A DNA stretch of 64,000 nucleotides, taken from a virus. This document shows positions 9,426 to 19,571 of the stretch, piece by piece. Position 1 is the first letter of the stretch. Each line of letters starts with the position of its first letter. Where the stretch lies: the IMG/VR virus record IMGVR_UViG_3300036766_000359, positions 1 through 64,000 of that record, one strand, 5' to 3'. The notes under the pieces are model-generated. The model was not told where the DNA came from, did no database searches, and saw only the letters and a program-made list of their open reading frames with translations. The translations under genes were made by a program, and so were the position numbers.

Positions 9426-9932
9426 CTAGCGAACTTCCTGGAGCTTAGAAATTGGGCGAATCAATTCACGCCCATCTTCGGTCCGAATTAGAGCACTTGG
9501 ACGTCCTTCCCAATTTTCCAGTCCAATTTTGAGAACTACAGCCTCTTTGTTATCTCCGTCCGTGTCACTAAACATAACTCTTGAGTCAACTTTACATCCA
9601 TTTGTAATTGTTTTAGATACTGCGTCATGAGCTTCATCCATCGAAGTAGAAAAACTGGACGAACCCTTATGTTTAAAGTATTCAACCTGCTTGAGACGAT
9701 CCTTTGCTTCACTCTTAGAGGGAAAACAACCACCAGACCAATCTGGGTTACCCTCAGATTTGACGCAATAACCTCCAGGAGTCTTCCGAATAATACTCTC
9801 TTTTTCCTGACTGACAGTGTCCTGACATTCTTCTTGGGAAACCATCTGTCGAGTCCCATAATCCGGTCTCTCAGAAAGGGGCTGAGACATACTGGAAGCT
9901 ATACGAGCGGCTATGACCAAATGTGAACTCAT
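9426..9932 (-). CDS. Hypothetical protein (candidate internal head protein)
   Basis: Likely start MSSHLVIAARIASS at 9932 avoids overlap with the divergent ligase; contains YCVKSE..GGCFPSKSEAKDRLKQVEYFKH and an SH3-like C-terminus. Confidence 0.65.
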   Translation of the reverse strand: MSSHLVIAARIASSMSQPLSERPDYGTRQMVSQEECQDTVSQEKESIIRKTPGGYCVKSEGNPDWSGGCFPSKSEAKDRLKQVEYFKHKGSSSFSTSMDEAHDAVSKTITNGCKVDSRVMFSDTDGDNKEAVVLKIGLENWEGRPSALIRTEDGRELIRPISKLQEVR

Positions 9933-9992
9933 GTAATGAATGATGACAAAAGGTCCAGTCGTAAATCTTGACGGGTGGTGGGTAGGGGTAAT

Positions 9993-10622
9993 ATGAATCA
10001 AATCACCCAATCATCACCCAAGTGGCATATGTTTCCTTTTAAGCCAATTCGGGTAACTGAGTCAGTATTTTCGTTCATAGATACATCTGAATACATTATG
10101 GAAAAAAAGTATGACGGATTTAGGGCAATTCTAATTGTCGACCAAACTCAAGAGTTGTGGACTAGAGAACATCGAAAAATTGAAGTACCAGACAATCTTC
10201 GGACACAGTTGTTAGAATTGAACCTTCCAAAAGGAACAGTTTTGGACGGAGAAATCTGGACTCCGACTAAGAGAGGGTCATGGCGTCATAATCGAACAGT
10301 CCAGTGCCATCTGACATTTTGGGACGTGATCCGGTCCGGAACGCAAGACATGAGTCGAGATCCTCTTGAAAAGAGGTTCGAAGAACTCATTAAACTTGTA
10401 GCCGGAAGGGTCCCGGAAATTTCAACGGTAGAACGTTTTCAGGCTAGTCTTGATGGATATCGAAGAATAGTAGAAGAAGCAAAGGCATTCAAAGCATCGA
10501 CACGTTCACGTTCCGGATTTATTCACGGAGCCGTCCTGAAACGACGTAATTCTCCACGCAGAGATCATTCAACGAGGTGTATCGAGCACTCCGACTGGAT
10601 GAAACTAGTGGTAGAACTTTGA
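9993..10622 (+). CDS. ATP-dependent ligase-family nucleotidyltransferase, adenylation domain only
   Basis: Motif I EKKYDGFRA, III LDGEI, IIIa FWDV, IV IHGAVLK, V WMKL; no OB domain. Confidence 0.8.
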   Translation: MNQITQSSPKWHMFPFKPIRVTESVFSFIDTSEYIMEKKYDGFRAILIVDQTQELWTREHRKIEVPDNLRTQLLELNLPKGTVLDGEIWTPTKRGSWRHNRTVQCHLTFWDVIRSGTQDMSRDPLEKRFEELIKLVAGRVPEISTVERFQASLDGYRRIVEEAKAFKASTRSRSGFIHGAVLKRRNSPRRDHSTRCIEHSDWMKLVVEL

Positions 10623-10638
10623 TGGATTGGGTTCAGCC
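10617..10638 (+). promoter_or_regulatory. Conserved gene-junction motif CTTTGATGGATTGGGTTCAGCC
   Basis: 20/22 identical to 46480-46501; 15/16 to 58606-58621 (minus). Confidence 0.5.
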
Positions 10639-10676
10639 TAATTAATAATTGAATTTTAAATTCTATGGTTTGATCG

Positions 10677-11198
10677 ATGACAATATCAGAGATATGTTAT
10701 CGAATCCTGTGGATTTTATTATTCACGTTAGTGTCATTCATTATTTTTTCGGTATTTTTACATCCAAAATTCCCAAGAGGGAAACGAAAAATAATAGTTA
10801 ACAATGGTTGGACAACTCATATTATCGGCACTACGGAAGATGTACAATTCGCATGCCATAAAGCACATCTAGTAGTCATAGATGCGATCAGACAAAGCGC
10901 CATACCGAACCAACTTCAAGTATTGGATAAAATCTCTGAGGTATGTTTTTATTTCATACCAGAGAATAATAGCAAGAGCTACATGACTTGCATACCAACC
11001 AGATTTGGTTTCCGAATACCGCTAATAGTTATCAGAAAAAAAGTACACGACCAAATCACGAATGGCGCAACGCCAATAATGGGACTGATTCAAATTCTTG
11101 AGTCTGAAGGAAATAAAAAGTTATACTGGAAATTATACGGAGGGTCAGAATCGATACAAGCGAAAGCCGAAGAATCGTTCATCACTTACAAAGAATAG
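10677..11198 (+). CDS. Hypothetical protein with N-terminal transmembrane helix
   Basis: ILWILLFTLVSFIIFSVFL followed by a basic patch; 173 aa. Confidence 0.6.
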   Translation: MTISEICYRILWILLFTLVSFIIFSVFLHPKFPRGKRKIIVNNGWTTHIIGTTEDVQFACHKAHLVVIDAIRQSAIPNQLQVLDKISEVCFYFIPENNSKSYMTCIPTRFGFRIPLIVIRKKVHDQITNGATPIMGLIQILESEGNKKLYWKLYGGSESIQAKAEESFITYKE

Positions 11199-12312
11199 AG
11201 TCTTCTATAACAATCTCGAGACGTACGGCTGATTCTTTCCACGTCATACCCTTAGCAAACACTGATCCCCTGAGTCTCCATTCATCCTGAAAAGCTTTAT
11301 CAGACAAAGCTTTGACAACAAATCCGGTGAATTCATCAATGTGATGACGAGCTGGAGAATCCACCATGGGGACATGGCCACCAAAAATATCACCTAGAGC
11401 GTCGGCGTTCGTTAAAACAGGGATAGCTCCAGTACCGCATCCTTCAAGTGCTGTGACACAGAATGTTTCAGTATATTTAACCGGATCGCACGGATAACCA
11501 AGACATTCGGCTTCACCGAATTCTTGAGCCATTCGGGTTCTTGAAACGGCTTTGTAGTGCTCTACACCGTGAGAAGCCAGCCTGCGAACTGCTTCCTTTA
11601 TGTATAGAGCACGAAAATGGAGTTCTTTGAAATCCGGAACTCCGGGGTTGGCGTAGCGAACAGCTCCGATGTTTTCAGCCCAAGAATCAAAGTTATAAAA
11701 AATTCGGAGGGTTGCATGAGGAACCTCTTTACGAATTTTCGGCCACTGCTGTAAAAGCAAGTGCAGTCCTCGATCAGGCGAAGAGGCGTAGATAACTCTT
11801 CCAGGGACTTTTTCAACCTGTGGGAACATATCGGGGTCCCAACCATTCGGAACCATACGCCACTTTTCCGGACATGGCGTTTGCGGAGCCATCCAGTTCA
11901 TATGAGAGTCGCTCGGACTCGTGAATATGTCAACCAAATTCTCCCAGCCCGGTTGACAAAATCTAAAATCAGAAATTTGATGATTCTCAAGTCGGAGGAA
12001 CTTATCCGAAACACCACGGAAGACTTCAGGATCATTCCATGAGTATAAAACATCATGCTGAGTGATTTCAGATTGGAACGTGGAGAGAGGACGTACAAGA
12101 ACACCGTCCCAAACATGCATGTCTGGGGTGTTACGAACAGGAACATACAAAGTTGTCGGCCACCCGCGTTTAGCCATTTCACGGGCAATGTAAAAACACC
12201 CAACTTCAGAACCAGTTAATCCCTGAGTAGAACCAAGAAGATCGGTGAAATCAAAAGTCTTTGACCCAGACGCCCACGGACCGTAAATAAAAGCTATCCG
12301 AGACTTGTTCAA
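11182..12312 (-). CDS. GT-B (GT4-like) glycosyltransferase
   Basis: GLTGSE, NGWD, IYASSPDRGL, ETFCVTALEGC motifs. Confidence 0.85.
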   Translation of the reverse strand: MNKSRIAFIYGPWASGSKTFDFTDLLGSTQGLTGSEVGCFYIAREMAKRGWPTTLYVPVRNTPDMHVWDGVLVRPLSTFQSEITQHDVLYSWNDPEVFRGVSDKFLRLENHQISDFRFCQPGWENLVDIFTSPSDSHMNWMAPQTPCPEKWRMVPNGWDPDMFPQVEKVPGRVIYASSPDRGLHLLLQQWPKIRKEVPHATLRIFYNFDSWAENIGAVRYANPGVPDFKELHFRALYIKEAVRRLASHGVEHYKAVSRTRMAQEFGEAECLGYPCDPVKYTETFCVTALEGCGTGAIPVLTNADALGDIFGGHVPMVDSPARHHIDEFTGFVVKALSDKAFQDEWRLRGSVFAKGMTWKESAVRLEIVIEDSILCK

Positions 12313-15300
12313 AAAGCACCTCTATACTGAACTATGGGGGAACTCTGAACATCACTGATTGTTTGTCTAAGCATCGCGTCCCAATCTTTCGCAACTCCAT
12401 CCCATGAGAAGTTGTCATGCGCGAAAGACTGAAGAACATTTCTGTCTCCATCGTCTGGCTTATTCATGGCCTTAATAACTTCTTCGACGAATTTTGTCTG
12501 ATATCCAGCAGATAACCAGTCGCCATGAACCATAGCGCCACGGTTGCCAACGGTTTCGTTTAAAGCAGCAATAGGAGATGTTATCATTCGAAGTCCAGCA
12601 GCATGGGCTTCCATGGCGGATATGCAAGAAGTTTCACTAAACCAACTCGGATATGTCCAAACACCGCTCGCAAGATATTCACGAGCCAACGTAGCCTGAT
12701 CAACGCGACCATGAAAATAAACACCGTGTTTGGCGTTTTCAGAAATCATGTCTTTAAGATGTCGAATGAGAGCTTTTTGTCCGTCATCATGTTGAACGCA
12801 TGCTTCCCAAGTCTGAAAACCATAGTAAATATGCAACTCAGCGTCCGGGACTGCCTGACGTACTTGAGGCCAACAACGTAAAGCAGTTTCTAACCCACGG
12901 TCTGGACTTGAACTATAAACGGCTCTATGCGGATTCCTAGGAACTGAACGATTAAATCTTGACAAGTCAATCCCATTCCTCGTTACAGCAACTTGAGATG
13001 GGTGTAGAAAATCGTATTGAGAAAAAAAGAATCCTTTATGCCAATTAGATAAACAAAGAAATTTGTCTATTTTTAGGGCTCTTTCATGAGTAAGTTCTGA
13101 GCCACAATGGATGTCATGAACCCAACAAAGTGTAGCTTTTCGAGAAAGACCTGGAGCGTCAATAGCTTGCGGTCTACGAGAAACCACAAGAGCGTCACAA
13201 GATATATTTGAAAACTTCGAATAATGTAGATACTCAACACCAGAAAAAGTTCCTTCTAGACCATTACACTCTCCGTATAAACGAACTTTATTTCCACGCG
13301 CAGTAAGAAGTCGAGCCATTTCCATGGCAGCAGTCTCACTTCCACCTATTCCAGTTTTGGCAGCTATTTCAGGATTCCACGGCTCCGTATTCCAACCAAC
13401 GTATAAAACAATATCAAGTGGAGAACGTACATGATCAATCTTTGAAGGAAGACCACCACGGGTAAGTAAAGCAGCCTGGCCAGGAACATACCCGCTCGTG
13501 TGTTCCACAACGCGTGAATCGAAACCGTACATACCAGCGGAAGCGTAATCACGTTCAAGATCCGAAGGAATGGCAGCACGAATGTGTTCACGAAAGTATT
13601 CATCATTCCATAGATAATGACCAGGTCTGGTAACTCCTTGACCCCAAGAACCTCGCGGGGTGCTGATGAGAAGCTGTCCTCCTGGCTTTAGAATTTCTCG
13701 AACACGACAAAATGCTTTTACGGGGTCGTGTAAGTGTTCATAAACTTCATAAAGGACGACAATATCGTAATGACTCGGGAAGCCATCAGGAACAGGTGAG
13801 TCACTCATGAAATCATGAACTTCGTGAGTAGCCCCAGTTGAGAACTGAGTTGCCCGAGTCTTAGCCAAATTAACGGAGCTTACTCTGGTATCTATGCCCC
13901 AGACACTATGTCCGTTTTGTGCAATTCGATTCGTGAGCCAACCGTCTGCAGAACCAATATCAAGTATGTCAAGTTTCCTCCCTAAATCTGATTCACGTTC
14001 ATTTACAACTTCAAGAAGCCACTCCCATCGAGGAAGATGATCATGTCCTGCCGGGACTGGGCTCGGCATCGGTATCGTCTCGACAACTACCGGACCGGAC
14101 TCAGAAAATGAATAATGCCCTTTAAAAGCTTCTTCACTGTTGTGCGGAGCGAGAATAGCGTTAGTCTTCGCCCACATTTCAGCAATTTCTGGTGTATCTC
14201 TGATGGCCCATGGGACGGCCTGCATCAAATGCCTAGCAGCAAAAATTTCGTCATGAAGAAGAAGAGTTTTCCACAAACCCTGAAACATCGATAGTTGAGT
14301 TCCACGAGAAAAGTGTGGCGGATAATCGGTTACGAGTTGATTCTCGGGTAATTGAGGCTCAGAAGAATGAGAAGATTGGGTGATTTTCGGTTCGACTGAA
14401 TTAGTATGGATTATGCTCTTCACGGTCTCCAAGGCAGATGGAGAAAGACCATTATAACCTGACAATTCGTCAAGAGTGTTATCAATCTTCTGACGAATTA
14501 ACCATGACCCATATAGATTACGATTGGCCAGTAAACCTTCGTCGTACTTGACTTTAAGAGCGCAGTCAGAACTTTCTTTTGCGTCTTGAACAAGACCGAT
14601 AGAATTTAGAGCAACATTTAAATATTTGTGAATTTCGAACGAACGTTCAAGCGGATTAATAAATAGTGATGTTTTCGTCGGAGGGAAATTTAAGCCTACT
14701 CGAGAAAAATGAACACACCGTTCCCAATTTCTCCGGGTGTCTTTCCCATTTTGCGCGAGAAAATAAAAACACTTAGCCATTTCGAAATAAGCTTCACCCC
14801 AGTCTTCTCTAATCAAAATAGCACGTTGACACCATTCTATCGCTTTTTCATATTGAGCTCGATTTTTGTAGACTCCAATAATTAGCAAACAAGACATGTA
14901 CTGCTCATCCGGCCATCCAGAGAGTTCTACGTGTCGAGATAAATGTTTGATCCCTTCATCTTGAAAACCATTATTGATACATTCCATTCCAAGGTAGTAA
15001 AGAGTCCGTGTGTTAGTATCCCCGGAATTTTCATACATACGACGAAGAATACGTAAATTTCTACCAGATTCTGTTTTCTTTGTACTAAACTGACGTCTGT
15101 GGACAACTTTTACAGAATCTTCTTTACGGGTGACGGCTCCAAATTTTGCGCACAGAACTTCATGGACATCATCTCTCCATTCAAAGTCACGCCTATTCGA
15201 GATGAGTCTTTCTCTATAATGAACAAGAGTCTGGTTACCATGCTCATCATGAGCATATTCATATGGGAATTCGATAGAAACTGGGTACTTAGAAGCGTCT

Positions 15301-15632
15301 TCAGAGTACTTGGATATAATTTGCTGTAAATTTTCTAAGCCGAATACTTCGTCATCCCCATCGAACCAAACAGCCCATTGGTGACTGGCAAGGGAAAAAC
15401 TATGATTCCGAGCTTCAGCGAATGAATTAATTAGACCATCTGGTCCATTGCATGCGGTGTATACTTCAACCTTATCAGCATACCTGTTCGCAACATCAAG
15501 CGTTCCATCTTGAGAACCGGTATCTACGACAACAATTTCATCAACGTATGGCCGAACGGATCTTAGACAGGTCTCAAGTGTGGAAACGTCATCTTTTACG
15601 ATGAAACAGCACGATACGGGGATCTTATCCAT
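12309..15632 (-). CDS. Multidomain glycosyltransferase: GT2 + TPR + SAM methyltransferase + GT4
   Basis: CFIVKD..IVVVDTGSQDGT..FAEARN..WFDGDD (GT-A); TPR-like helices; ILDIGSADG..EVYEHLHDP..LKPGG (MTase); GIGGSE..YSSSPDRGL..ETSCISAMEA (GT-B). Confidence 0.9.
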   Translation of the reverse strand: MDKIPVSCCFIVKDDVSTLETCLRSVRPYVDEIVVVDTGSQDGTLDVANRYADKVEVYTACNGPDGLINSFAEARNHSFSLASHQWAVWFDGDDEVFGLENLQQIISKYSEDASKYPVSIEFPYEYAHDEHGNQTLVHYRERLISNRRDFEWRDDVHEVLCAKFGAVTRKEDSVKVVHRRQFSTKKTESGRNLRILRRMYENSGDTNTRTLYYLGMECINNGFQDEGIKHLSRHVELSGWPDEQYMSCLLIIGVYKNRAQYEKAIEWCQRAILIREDWGEAYFEMAKCFYFLAQNGKDTRRNWERCVHFSRVGLNFPPTKTSLFINPLERSFEIHKYLNVALNSIGLVQDAKESSDCALKVKYDEGLLANRNLYGSWLIRQKIDNTLDELSGYNGLSPSALETVKSIIHTNSVEPKITQSSHSSEPQLPENQLVTDYPPHFSRGTQLSMFQGLWKTLLLHDEIFAARHLMQAVPWAIRDTPEIAEMWAKTNAILAPHNSEEAFKGHYSFSESGPVVVETIPMPSPVPAGHDHLPRWEWLLEVVNERESDLGRKLDILDIGSADGWLTNRIAQNGHSVWGIDTRVSSVNLAKTRATQFSTGATHEVHDFMSDSPVPDGFPSHYDIVVLYEVYEHLHDPVKAFCRVREILKPGGQLLISTPRGSWGQGVTRPGHYLWNDEYFREHIRAAIPSDLERDYASAGMYGFDSRVVEHTSGYVPGQAALLTRGGLPSKIDHVRSPLDIVLYVGWNTEPWNPEIAAKTGIGGSETAAMEMARLLTARGNKVRLYGECNGLEGTFSGVEYLHYSKFSNISCDALVVSRRPQAIDAPGLSRKATLCWVHDIHCGSELTHERALKIDKFLCLSNWHKGFFFSQYDFLHPSQVAVTRNGIDLSRFNRSVPRNPHRAVYSSSPDRGLETALRCWPQVRQAVPDAELHIYYGFQTWEACVQHDDGQKALIRHLKDMISENAKHGVYFHGRVDQATLAREYLASGVWTYPSWFSETSCISAMEAHAAGLRMITSPIAALNETVGNRGAMVHGDWLSAGYQTKFVEEVIKAMNKPDDGDRNVLQSFAHDNFSWDGVAKDWDAMLRQTISDVQSSPIVQYRGAF

Positions 15633-15678
15633 GACCCAACTCTACACTCGATTAATCGAATGAAAGAATTGGATAGTA

Positions 15679-16551
15679 TTATAACGTGGTTACTGAGTTT
15701 CTAACTGCATCATTATAACCAAGTTCAATCATTTGGTCGATTGAGCTTCTGTCGAAATCAAGTGAATTTACACTCAATTCTGATCCAGGTCGAATAACAC
15801 GGACTTTCACTTTTCGATATTCAATACCGCCAAGAGCTTCAGACAGTCTATTTTTCAACGAACAAATCTTTAAGTCATTTTCCATTATTTCTGTGGACAT
15901 CAAATCCAAAGCACGAATTGCGTATCCTGGAATTGCAGCCTGACCAACTGTTGACCAAGCTGCAGGCTTATCTGGAGCCGTAACAATAACGTCAATTTCA
16001 GTGGCTCCGCGCCGAATGGCTTCCCCGAGTGGAGTGATGTCACGAAGACCGCCATCGGTCCATAACTTTCCGCCGATCTTCACAGGAGAAAGCAGCGCAG
16101 GATATGCAGCTGAGGCAAGCACCCAGCTTACAATATCATCTGAAGTCTGGTCTGCCACAACATACTCGCCAGTTTCCCAACAAACCGCACCAACAACGAG
16201 TTGACGTCCGCTCGCACGAATCAATTTCGGATTTAGTGTCTTGTGTGCCCAATCCGACAAAGGTGAGGAGTTATATACCGAAGGTTTCCAGACCGACGCC
16301 ACTGCGCCAAACACAGGCCAACTCTTGCGGACTTTTTCGGTCGTCACACCCTCCCAAAACTCTTCGAGCTTCTTGAGGGCCATGAACGGCTGCCCTAGCA
16401 TCGTGGTGGACAGCACAGAGCAGTTCAACGCCCCAACGCTGACCCCGCAGAGCATATCATAATCCCGGCGGTCTTCACTCATCCATTTGGTAAGAACGCC
16501 AACTTGATAAGCTCCCTTAGAACCACCACCACTCAAAACAAGTGCTCTCAT
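15679..16551 (-). CDS. Patatin-like phospholipase
   Basis: LVLSGGGSKGAY oxyanion loop, GVSVG nucleophile, DGG catalytic Asp. Confidence 0.9.
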   Translation of the reverse strand: MRALVLSGGGSKGAYQVGVLTKWMSEDRRDYDMLCGVSVGALNCSVLSTTMLGQPFMALKKLEEFWEGVTTEKVRKSWPVFGAVASVWKPSVYNSSPLSDWAHKTLNPKLIRASGRQLVVGAVCWETGEYVVADQTSDDIVSWVLASAAYPALLSPVKIGGKLWTDGGLRDITPLGEAIRRGATEIDVIVTAPDKPAAWSTVGQAAIPGYAIRALDLMSTEIMENDLKICSLKNRLSEALGGIEYRKVKVRVIRPGSELSVNSLDFDRSSIDQMIELGYNDAVRNSVTTL

Positions 16552-17687
16552 GTTGCGCTCCTAACCACACAATAGAACGTCGCGACGGTGAAGTCCCCGC
16601 CCATGGGCATGTCATCTTCCAGCTTCACCCGTAGCTCGATGCCATACGCAGACAGCAACCGTCTGATCGTTCCGTACCGGAACTCAACAACGTGTTGGGG
16701 TTGAGCAAGTCCACGTACAGTCCCGCCCGCAGCCGGGATTGCGGATGGAACGAAACCCGACGCCTCTGCGGTCAACTGAGCCAGGGTCTTGTACGTAGTT
16801 GTCTGAATCGGGATCTTGGTGCCTTCAGGCAATCCAAGCTGCGGAGCAAACACAGCCGCGTAGCCCCACACTTGAAACTGCACAGAGTCGTTCATCACGA
16901 AATTGGCAGACCAAGCCGCTTTGGCTTTTTCGATGTCTACGTCTGTATCCACGTCAGGCACGATGTAAAACGTGCTGCCGTTTTCGTACGAGTAGCTGAC
17001 CAGCACGGTGTTACCTGCCTGGCTTGCCGCGAACACGATCTTGCCGTCCCCGTAGGCCACGGTGTAATCACCGCCCGAAGGCGCGAAAGCAGCGCGTTGC
17101 GTTTTCAGCACACCGTTCACGTGCACCACCACGGCGTAGCCATGTGGCGAGCCCTGATTCGCGATCTGTTGATCTAGGATGTAGGCATCCTCGTCAAAAA
17201 TCTTGCCGTGCGTAAGATCGATAAGCATGCCGTTGGCCAAGCTCCAACTGAGCCCGTCGCCATCATCGGTTGCTGCCTCGTCTTCTACACGTACAGAATC
17301 TCCGAACCACGTTGTCGGGTCACAGTAGTTGTGCGTGGCATAAATCACCTCGGTGCCAATGCGCGGTTCGCTTGATATCAGGGGAAGCTGATCAGAGTTT
17401 CTAGGAGGTTGAAGTCGCAAGTTGAACTTCGACTTGTAGCCTCCCTCAAACTCAGCCAAATCTTGGTCATTCTGTTCTTGCGAGTAGCCTCCCGCAATTA
17501 CCCCTGATGGAACCTCTCCTCTCCAGATCGTGCAAAGATGCACCTCTGGGTAATCGTATCCCCAAACTGTGTATGTACCTGGCGCTTCATCGAACTGTGC
17601 CACCAAGCTACGAGAAGCCAACACAGGCAACCACGTCGTCCAGACGTACGTACGTTGAGTCAAGAACGGTGCTAATCCTACTGACAT
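16548..17687 (-). CDS. Probable virion structural protein
   Basis: Beta-rich ~380 aa; start MSVGLAPF at 17687 with GAGAGGG upstream; inside the fibre gene cluster. Confidence 0.55.
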   Translation of the reverse strand: MSVGLAPFLTQRTYVWTTWLPVLASRSLVAQFDEAPGTYTVWGYDYPEVHLCTIWRGEVPSGVIAGGYSQEQNDQDLAEFEGGYKSKFNLRLQPPRNSDQLPLISSEPRIGTEVIYATHNYCDPTTWFGDSVRVEDEAATDDGDGLSWSLANGMLIDLTHGKIFDEDAYILDQQIANQGSPHGYAVVVHVNGVLKTQRAAFAPSGGDYTVAYGDGKIVFAASQAGNTVLVSYSYENGSTFYIVPDVDTDVDIEKAKAAWSANFVMNDSVQFQVWGYAAVFAPQLGLPEGTKIPIQTTTYKTLAQLTAEASGFVPSAIPAAGGTVRGLAQPQHVVEFRYGTIRRLLSAYGIELRVKLEDDMPMGGDFTVATFYCVVRSAT

Positions 17688-17697
17688 CTTAGCCCTC

Positions 17698-19239
17698 TCA
17701 CAGATCGTAAAAATCGAAAGCGCCACGATAGGTAATCGTGTTACCGGATGAGGAGATAACGTACATAAGCAACCTAGCAGGCCCAATTATGGCTATCGGT
17801 GTTCCGTAGACTCTGGGAGTCATGGACGAAGTGCCACCTTGCGAAATGAAATCGCTAGCTTGAAGTTCTGGCGCGTTCGCTACAGTAAATGCGAACTTCT
17901 TGATCAAGAACATGCTCGGAGCGGTAATTGCCGTTGAACTACTCCCCACGTAGGTCGCAGTAATGTAGCAAGTCTTACCTAGCGGAACATAGTGATGAGC
18001 CCAGAACGTCTGGTTATCAGTAGCAGCTATGGTGCCTACAGTAGTTCCAGCGCCGCCTGCTCCGGTCTTTAGCGTTATGATGCCTACGTTGGACCCTGTA
18101 GATCCAACTGTGACCACTTCCATCTTCTCGATGTAGCAGTGATCTAGGTTGACTAGATTTACAGCAGTTACTCCATTTAGAGTGACGGTTTCAGTAAACG
18201 GGCCTGCGCCTGTGGCGGAGTAATACGTTATCTTTACTGTTCTGGCCCCGGTGCCTGCGGCAGCATCACTTGCACTTGCAGAGACTATAGATCCAGTAAA
18301 GTTAGCTGACTGCTCCGTGTACGTAGTTCTGCGCACAGCAGATATAACAGCCGAGGTTAGTACAACATCGCCTGTCGATATGCCGCCGACGCCGTTCGAT
18401 GGAGTCGAAACCACGGTAATTGGGCTGTTTGGAGAAAATGCTACTACAAGAGCCGGATCAGTAGACACAGCTGCGGTAGACGGCCCTTTGACCGCCACAG
18501 GACCGTTTGTGCCATCCGTTAGGGCAACAAACCCACTACGAGCAACGGCATCCATCGCAGGCAAGTAGTTGCCTGCGTTGTCGGTGATCCTCTGGGCGTT
18601 TCCGACATAAATGACGTTGTTGTTCAGCGATTGAACCACGCGAACCGTTGCCGTGCCGGTCATCACAGCGATGGCACGAACACGGATATTGGTGTAGCCC
18701 GCGACGTTGGCCCCGCCCGCGAAGTTGGCCGTGAATGACGCATTGATGACATCGGTTCCGGCCAAATGGATTCGGCGGAGGTACCAAGTGGTTCCGCCGT
18801 CCTGCGATATCTCGACCTGCAAGGTTCCGGTCCATGTGCCGGTGACTTGCACCTGAACAGTCTCAAGCGACGAGACAGTAAATGCAGCGGCACTGCCCGC
18901 TGTAGGAGCGCCAGTGATAATCGACTGACCATTCGCTCCTACGGCAGTTGCCGATACGAGATCCCTGGTAGTGATGTTCTGCGTCGCTGGGGATACGTCT
19001 GCCGTAATGGTTGTTGTGACAGGGTTGTTTGGAGACAGCGACACGACAAGCGATGGGTCAGTGGCCACCGCAGCGGTGCTTGGAGCTTTCACCGTGACGA
19101 ACCGCGAGTTGGCCCCGTCTGACCCGGCAATAAGCAGCCCTCTGGTTCCAACGGGGGTCGCCACGCCGTTTTCGACAGACATTTCAACGCCGTTGGCGTC
19201 AAAAAGAATAACACGTTTCTGTATGGTCTCAGCAGCCAT
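17698..19239 (-). CDS. Probable virion fibre/beta-sandwich protein
   Basis: Ala/Thr/Gly/Val-rich 513 aa with an internal duplication (VKAPSTAAVATDPSLVVSLSPNNP / VKGPSTAAVSTDPALVVAFSPNSP). Confidence 0.65.
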   Translation of the reverse strand: MAAETIQKRVILFDANGVEMSVENGVATPVGTRGLLIAGSDGANSRFVTVKAPSTAAVATDPSLVVSLSPNNPVTTTITADVSPATQNITTRDLVSATAVGANGQSIITGAPTAGSAAAFTVSSLETVQVQVTGTWTGTLQVEISQDGGTTWYLRRIHLAGTDVINASFTANFAGGANVAGYTNIRVRAIAVMTGTATVRVVQSLNNNVIYVGNAQRITDNAGNYLPAMDAVARSGFVALTDGTNGPVAVKGPSTAAVSTDPALVVAFSPNSPITVVSTPSNGVGGISTGDVVLTSAVISAVRRTTYTEQSANFTGSIVSASASDAAAGTGARTVKITYYSATGAGPFTETVTLNGVTAVNLVNLDHCYIEKMEVVTVGSTGSNVGIITLKTGAGGAGTTVGTIAATDNQTFWAHHYVPLGKTCYITATYVGSSSTAITAPSMFLIKKFAFTVANAPELQASDFISQGGTSSMTPRVYGTPIAIIGPARLLMYVISSSGNTITYRGAFDFYDL

Positions 19240-19565
19240 TACGTCACCTCACACCCAAACAGATTAAAGCTGACGTTAGCGGTATCCGTATGAACTCGAA
19301 TCACATCAGTGGCTGCTAAAGCTATACCAATAGTGGCGGTAAATGAGTCACTTTTCAAAACAACAACATCATAATAAATATATTGCTTAGTAGCAAGTGC
19401 AGCACCAGCCACTGCCACACTAATTCGAAACTTGATAGAAGCAGCAGTTTGATTACACACGATGATCGTAGAAGCAGCGATACTCGTAGAAGCTGGAACT
19501 GCATATAAATCAGTTGTTGTGTTAGCAGCCGGTGCGGCCTGTCCAAGTACTTTTAGCGCCTCCAT
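19239..19565 (-). CDS. Small beta-sandwich structural protein following the collagen fibre gene
   Basis: LKVLGQAAPAANTTTDLY..SFNLFGCEVT; TAATG-coupled to the next gene. Confidence 0.65.
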   Translation of the reverse strand: MEALKVLGQAAPAANTTTDLYAVPASTSIAASTIIVCNQTAASIKFRISVAVAGAALATKQYIYYDVVVLKSDSFTATIGIALAATDVIRVHTDTANVSFNLFGCEVT

Positions 19566-19571
19566 GTTAGT

